A program made the translations under genes and the position numbers. Below the pieces are notes generated by a model that saw only the letters and a program-made list of their open reading frames with translations, was not told the origin of the DNA and made no database searches. From Felis catus (lineage: Eukaryota), in assembly GCF_018350175.1 (NCBI RefSeq), contig NC_058368.1, forward strand, positions 225,558,001 through 225,622,000: a DNA stretch of 64,000 bases, in the 5' to 3' direction. This document shows positions 61,228 to 64,000 of this stretch, in pieces (the stretch's first letter is position 1; the number at the start of each line of letters is the position of its first letter).

Positions 61228-61819
61228 ATGTCGACTGTTTTTAAGTGAACAATTCAGTGCTTTAAATGCATTTGCAATGCTGTGTGACTCTAACCACTGT
61301 CTGTCTCTAGAATCTTCTTACTATCTCAAACAGAAACTCTGCGCCCATTCAACAGTAACTCTCCATTCCCCTCTCCCCCAGCCCCTCGGCGTCTCTCTAG
61401 TTCTTTAACCCTGCTGTTTCCTGATAGACACCCAACCGGAAAGAAGATGGGAGTGGACAGTCCTCTGTGCCGGGGACAGGGGAGCAGGGATTTGGGCCTC
61501 CGGTTTGCCTTTCACTGTGAGTCCTCTTTGAAATGGCTCCCTTTGTCTGTACAGGATGCCAAGGTTTTATCCCAGAGGCGTCTAGGAAACGCGTGCAGAG
61601 GGGAACCCCGTCTTTCCCCTTCACGGACCCTCAGGTGGCTTCCGGGAAAGCCCAGGACGGGTGGCTTTGGGGAGTTGTGGCCGCCCTCCCCTTCCGGGTG
61701 TGGACCAGCACGGAGCCGCATCCAGACTCTTCTGTCTCTGCCCCAGCGCGCACCCCCCGGCCCCCCAGCGCCCCGTATAACCTGGCGTTCCTCTGTCTCC
61801 CCCTCCCGTGTGCTTGCAG

Positions 61820-62007
61820 ACCTACATCGGCTCCATCATTGCCTCCGTGAACCCCTACAAGACCATCGCTGGCCTGTATGAGCGTGCCACCATGGAGCGC
61901 TACAGCAAATGCCACCTGGGGGAGCTGCCCCCCCACGTCTTCGCCGTCGCCAACGAGTGCTACCGCTGCCTGTGGAAGCGTCACGACAACCAGTGTGTCC
62001 TCATCAG
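61820..62007 (+). CDS. MYO10: Unconventional myosin-X internal coding exon (probably exon 4; 188 bp, phase 0-2)
   Basis: Pyrimidine tract plus tgcttgcag|ACC acceptor and ATC AG|gtaacc donor. Translates TYIGSIIASVNPYKTIAGLYERATMERYSKCHLGELPPHVFAVANECYRCLWKRHDNQCVLI(S), with myosin motifs IYTYIG..VNPY, LPPHxFAxA and NQCxLIS before the P-loop. Joins in frame to the exon at 43996-44154. Confidence 0.97.
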
Positions 62008-62764
62008 GTAACCCGTCCCCCGTGAGGCCGGCGGAGGGACGGGAAGGGGACCCCCCCCCCCCGGAGAGCTGGTGGGTCCGCCGGCCCCCAGAGCACGAAA
62101 CCTGCTCAGAACGTTCACGAGAAACAGGTCTACTAGGTGCCCCAGTTTCTCCGGTGGAGTTTTCTCTTTTGAGTGGCTTGATCCCTACGGCCTTCAAAAG
62201 ACCCAAACTCGCTTAGGAAAAAAAAAGCAAGACGTACCAAAGTTGCTCACTCTGGGCCTCAGAAGAATTACTGCCTTCTTTTTCTTTTTCTTTCTTTCTT
62301 TTTTTTTTTTTTTTTTGCACTACTTGCCTTAATTATTCTTTGGTTTATTCCATTGTGGCATGGTCCTTTTATACATTTAAGAAAACGCGTAATTCTTTCA
62401 AATTTAAAAAGTGACAGGTATGCTAGAGTGAGAATGTATATTTGAGCAAGAGGTCTTTCTTTGTCTGATTTGATAAGGCTGCACAGCATTGCCCAAATTG
62501 AAGAACTTTAATGATTTTGCACTGGGTGTTCCTGAAGTGTACCTTTGAATTCGCGACAGACAAGGCGCTTGCCGTGTGTGTGCTGAGGGAATGATGGAAG
62601 GACGTGTTTATTTCCCTTTTTCTGGGAACGGAATAGGGTCTGGACGTCTCTGTTTCAGCCAAGTTGTACTCATTTCTTAAACTACCAAAAGACCCACTGT
62701 CACAACCGATCACTAGGAACTGTCTCAAAAAGCAATAGAGTACATTTCCTTAAACATATTTCTT

Positions 62765-62982
62765 GGGGCGCCTGGGTGGCTCAGTCGGTTAAGCGTCCGA
62801 CTTCAGCTCAGGTCATGGTCTCACGGTTTGTGAGTTCGAGCCCTGTGTCGGGCTCTGTGCCGACAGCTCGGAGCCTGGAGCCTGCTTCAGATTCTGTGTC
62901 CCTGTCTCTCTCTCTCTCTGCCCCTCCCCTGCGTGTGTGCACACTCACTCTCTCTCTCTCTCTTTCAAAAATACACATTAAG
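62765..62982 (+). mobile_element. Can-SINE, felid type
   Basis: ggggcgcctgggtggctcagtcggttaagcg..; flanks tatttctt. Confidence 0.95.
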
Positions 62983-64000
62983 ACAGGTATTTCTTAATTT
63001 TTACTAACTAATTCAGATTGGCCTCATCACTTAAACTCTAGGGACATCCAATTGGATCTTTCTATTCCTTATAACACCCCGGGACGATATTCGCAGCAGA
63101 TGTGCTGAGCCTCCCTGCCAGTGAGGTTTCCGTGCAGTTACCGAAGCCTGGATTCTTTCCTGCTTCCAGGGCTGCATTCACGGGGCACGGCCGTCACTGA
63201 GAACCTGTGGTGTACCAAAACGGCTGGTGTGAAAGATAGTGGCTTCTGTTTTTGGCGACTTTCTAGTCCCAACTTGTGGCTAAAGAAGTCTATTATTTCA
63301 AGCGGGAAGGACAAGGCCGTTTGGATTTGGAGGAGATGTTCAATGAGACCCTCCTTTCCCCTTCCGGATTTCTGATTTCCATGGAAGTGAGACCGATGGG
63401 GAGCCATATGTTAACTTTAGACTTGGAGCCCGTGGGGCTGGCTAACACCGCAGCCCCAGATTAGACAGAACCTCCTGATCCGGATACAGGGCAGGTCAGC
63501 GGTGGCCACGATCACGATCACTGCGGGAAGCCAGTTCCCTGACCAGCCCTCCCCCCTCTCCCCCCGCCCCCGGCTCACCTGTCAGGGAAGCCGTCCTTGC
63601 TCCTGTAGGGAGGAAAGGGGGAGCATAGGGGCACGGGGAAGGGAACCGGGGGGCCCCCAGCCGAGGACGTTTGGGAGACACAGTGTCCCACGCGGTATGT
63701 GTTTGGGGATGAATGTGCTCACGGGGTTTGAAGGCTGGCTGTGAGGTGGACGCCGGGCAGGAACTTCTCAGGCATCAACTCACTGAAACCTTCCGACGGC
63801 CCTTTGGTGCGTGTGGCTGCTCTGTGGTATTTGCGGGCGCCACACGCAGAAAACTGCTTGAGGGATTGTATTCTTCTGACCGTTTTCACCCGTTGGCCTT
63901 GTGCACGGGTCCTTGCTTTTTGTAACAGGTCAGAATTGATACCACTAGAACAGCAGAACGTTGCCTTCCTCTTCCTCGTTCGACCTCACTCTCTGCCTCT

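Larger units (their letters stand above)
44155..61819 (+). other. MYO10: MYO10 intron 3 (about 17.7 kb, GT-AG)
   Basis: Starts gtaagt and ends tgcag. The flanking exons splice in frame (QIY|TYIG). Confidence 0.93.

Noticed and set aside
61631..62206. 191-aa antisense ORF overlapping exon 4
   Set aside because: A shadow ORF expected from GC-rich codon usage on the opposite strand. It has no recognisable domain.
2064..62982. tRNA-like A- and B-box sequences as tRNA genes, and dispersed repeats as a CRISPR-like array
   Set aside because: All are heads of tRNA-derived SINEs with (CT)n, A-tails and TSDs. Spacing is irregular, both orientations occur, and the context is eukaryotic.
150..63925. 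Hundreds of 60-190 aa ORFs in the supplied track, including recurring 'MAQSVKRPTSAQV..' peptides
   Set aside because: The recurring peptides are translations of the Can-SINE consensus, and the others are simple repeats or chance ORFs. Only 43894..44181 and 61808..62011 contain real (MYO10) exon sequence.
1..64000. A novel multi-gene biological system
   Set aside because: Nothing supports it. The sequence is explained by two MYO10 exons, introns and known repeat classes.

Overview
Mammalian genomic DNA, not a microbial accessory region. It is very likely from a felid (cat family), judging by the Can-SINE subfamily diagnostics. The window lies inside the unconventional myosin-X gene (MYO10, + strand). 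Only two coding exons are present: 43996-44154 (159 bp) and 61820-62007 (188 bp). They match what I recall as MYO10 exons 3 and 4, covering the N-terminal region and start of the motor domain, just before the GESGAGKT P-loop. The rest is intron. It holds about 55 tRNA-derived carnivore SINEs by my count (many with clear target-site duplications, TSDs), older L1, L2, MIR, MLT1 and hAT (MER5, MER20, MER58) fossils, and microsatellites. Nearly all ORFs in the supplied track are spurious translations of SINEs or simple repeats. I found no novel gene system. The most interesting observations are repeated SINE insertion into the same target site, a SINE nested inside a SINE, inverted SINE pairs bracketing both exons, a half-perfect 71-bp tandem duplication, and a SINE-free CpG-rich block in intron 3. 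Repeat family names come from recall of consensus sequences, and repeat boundaries are approximate.
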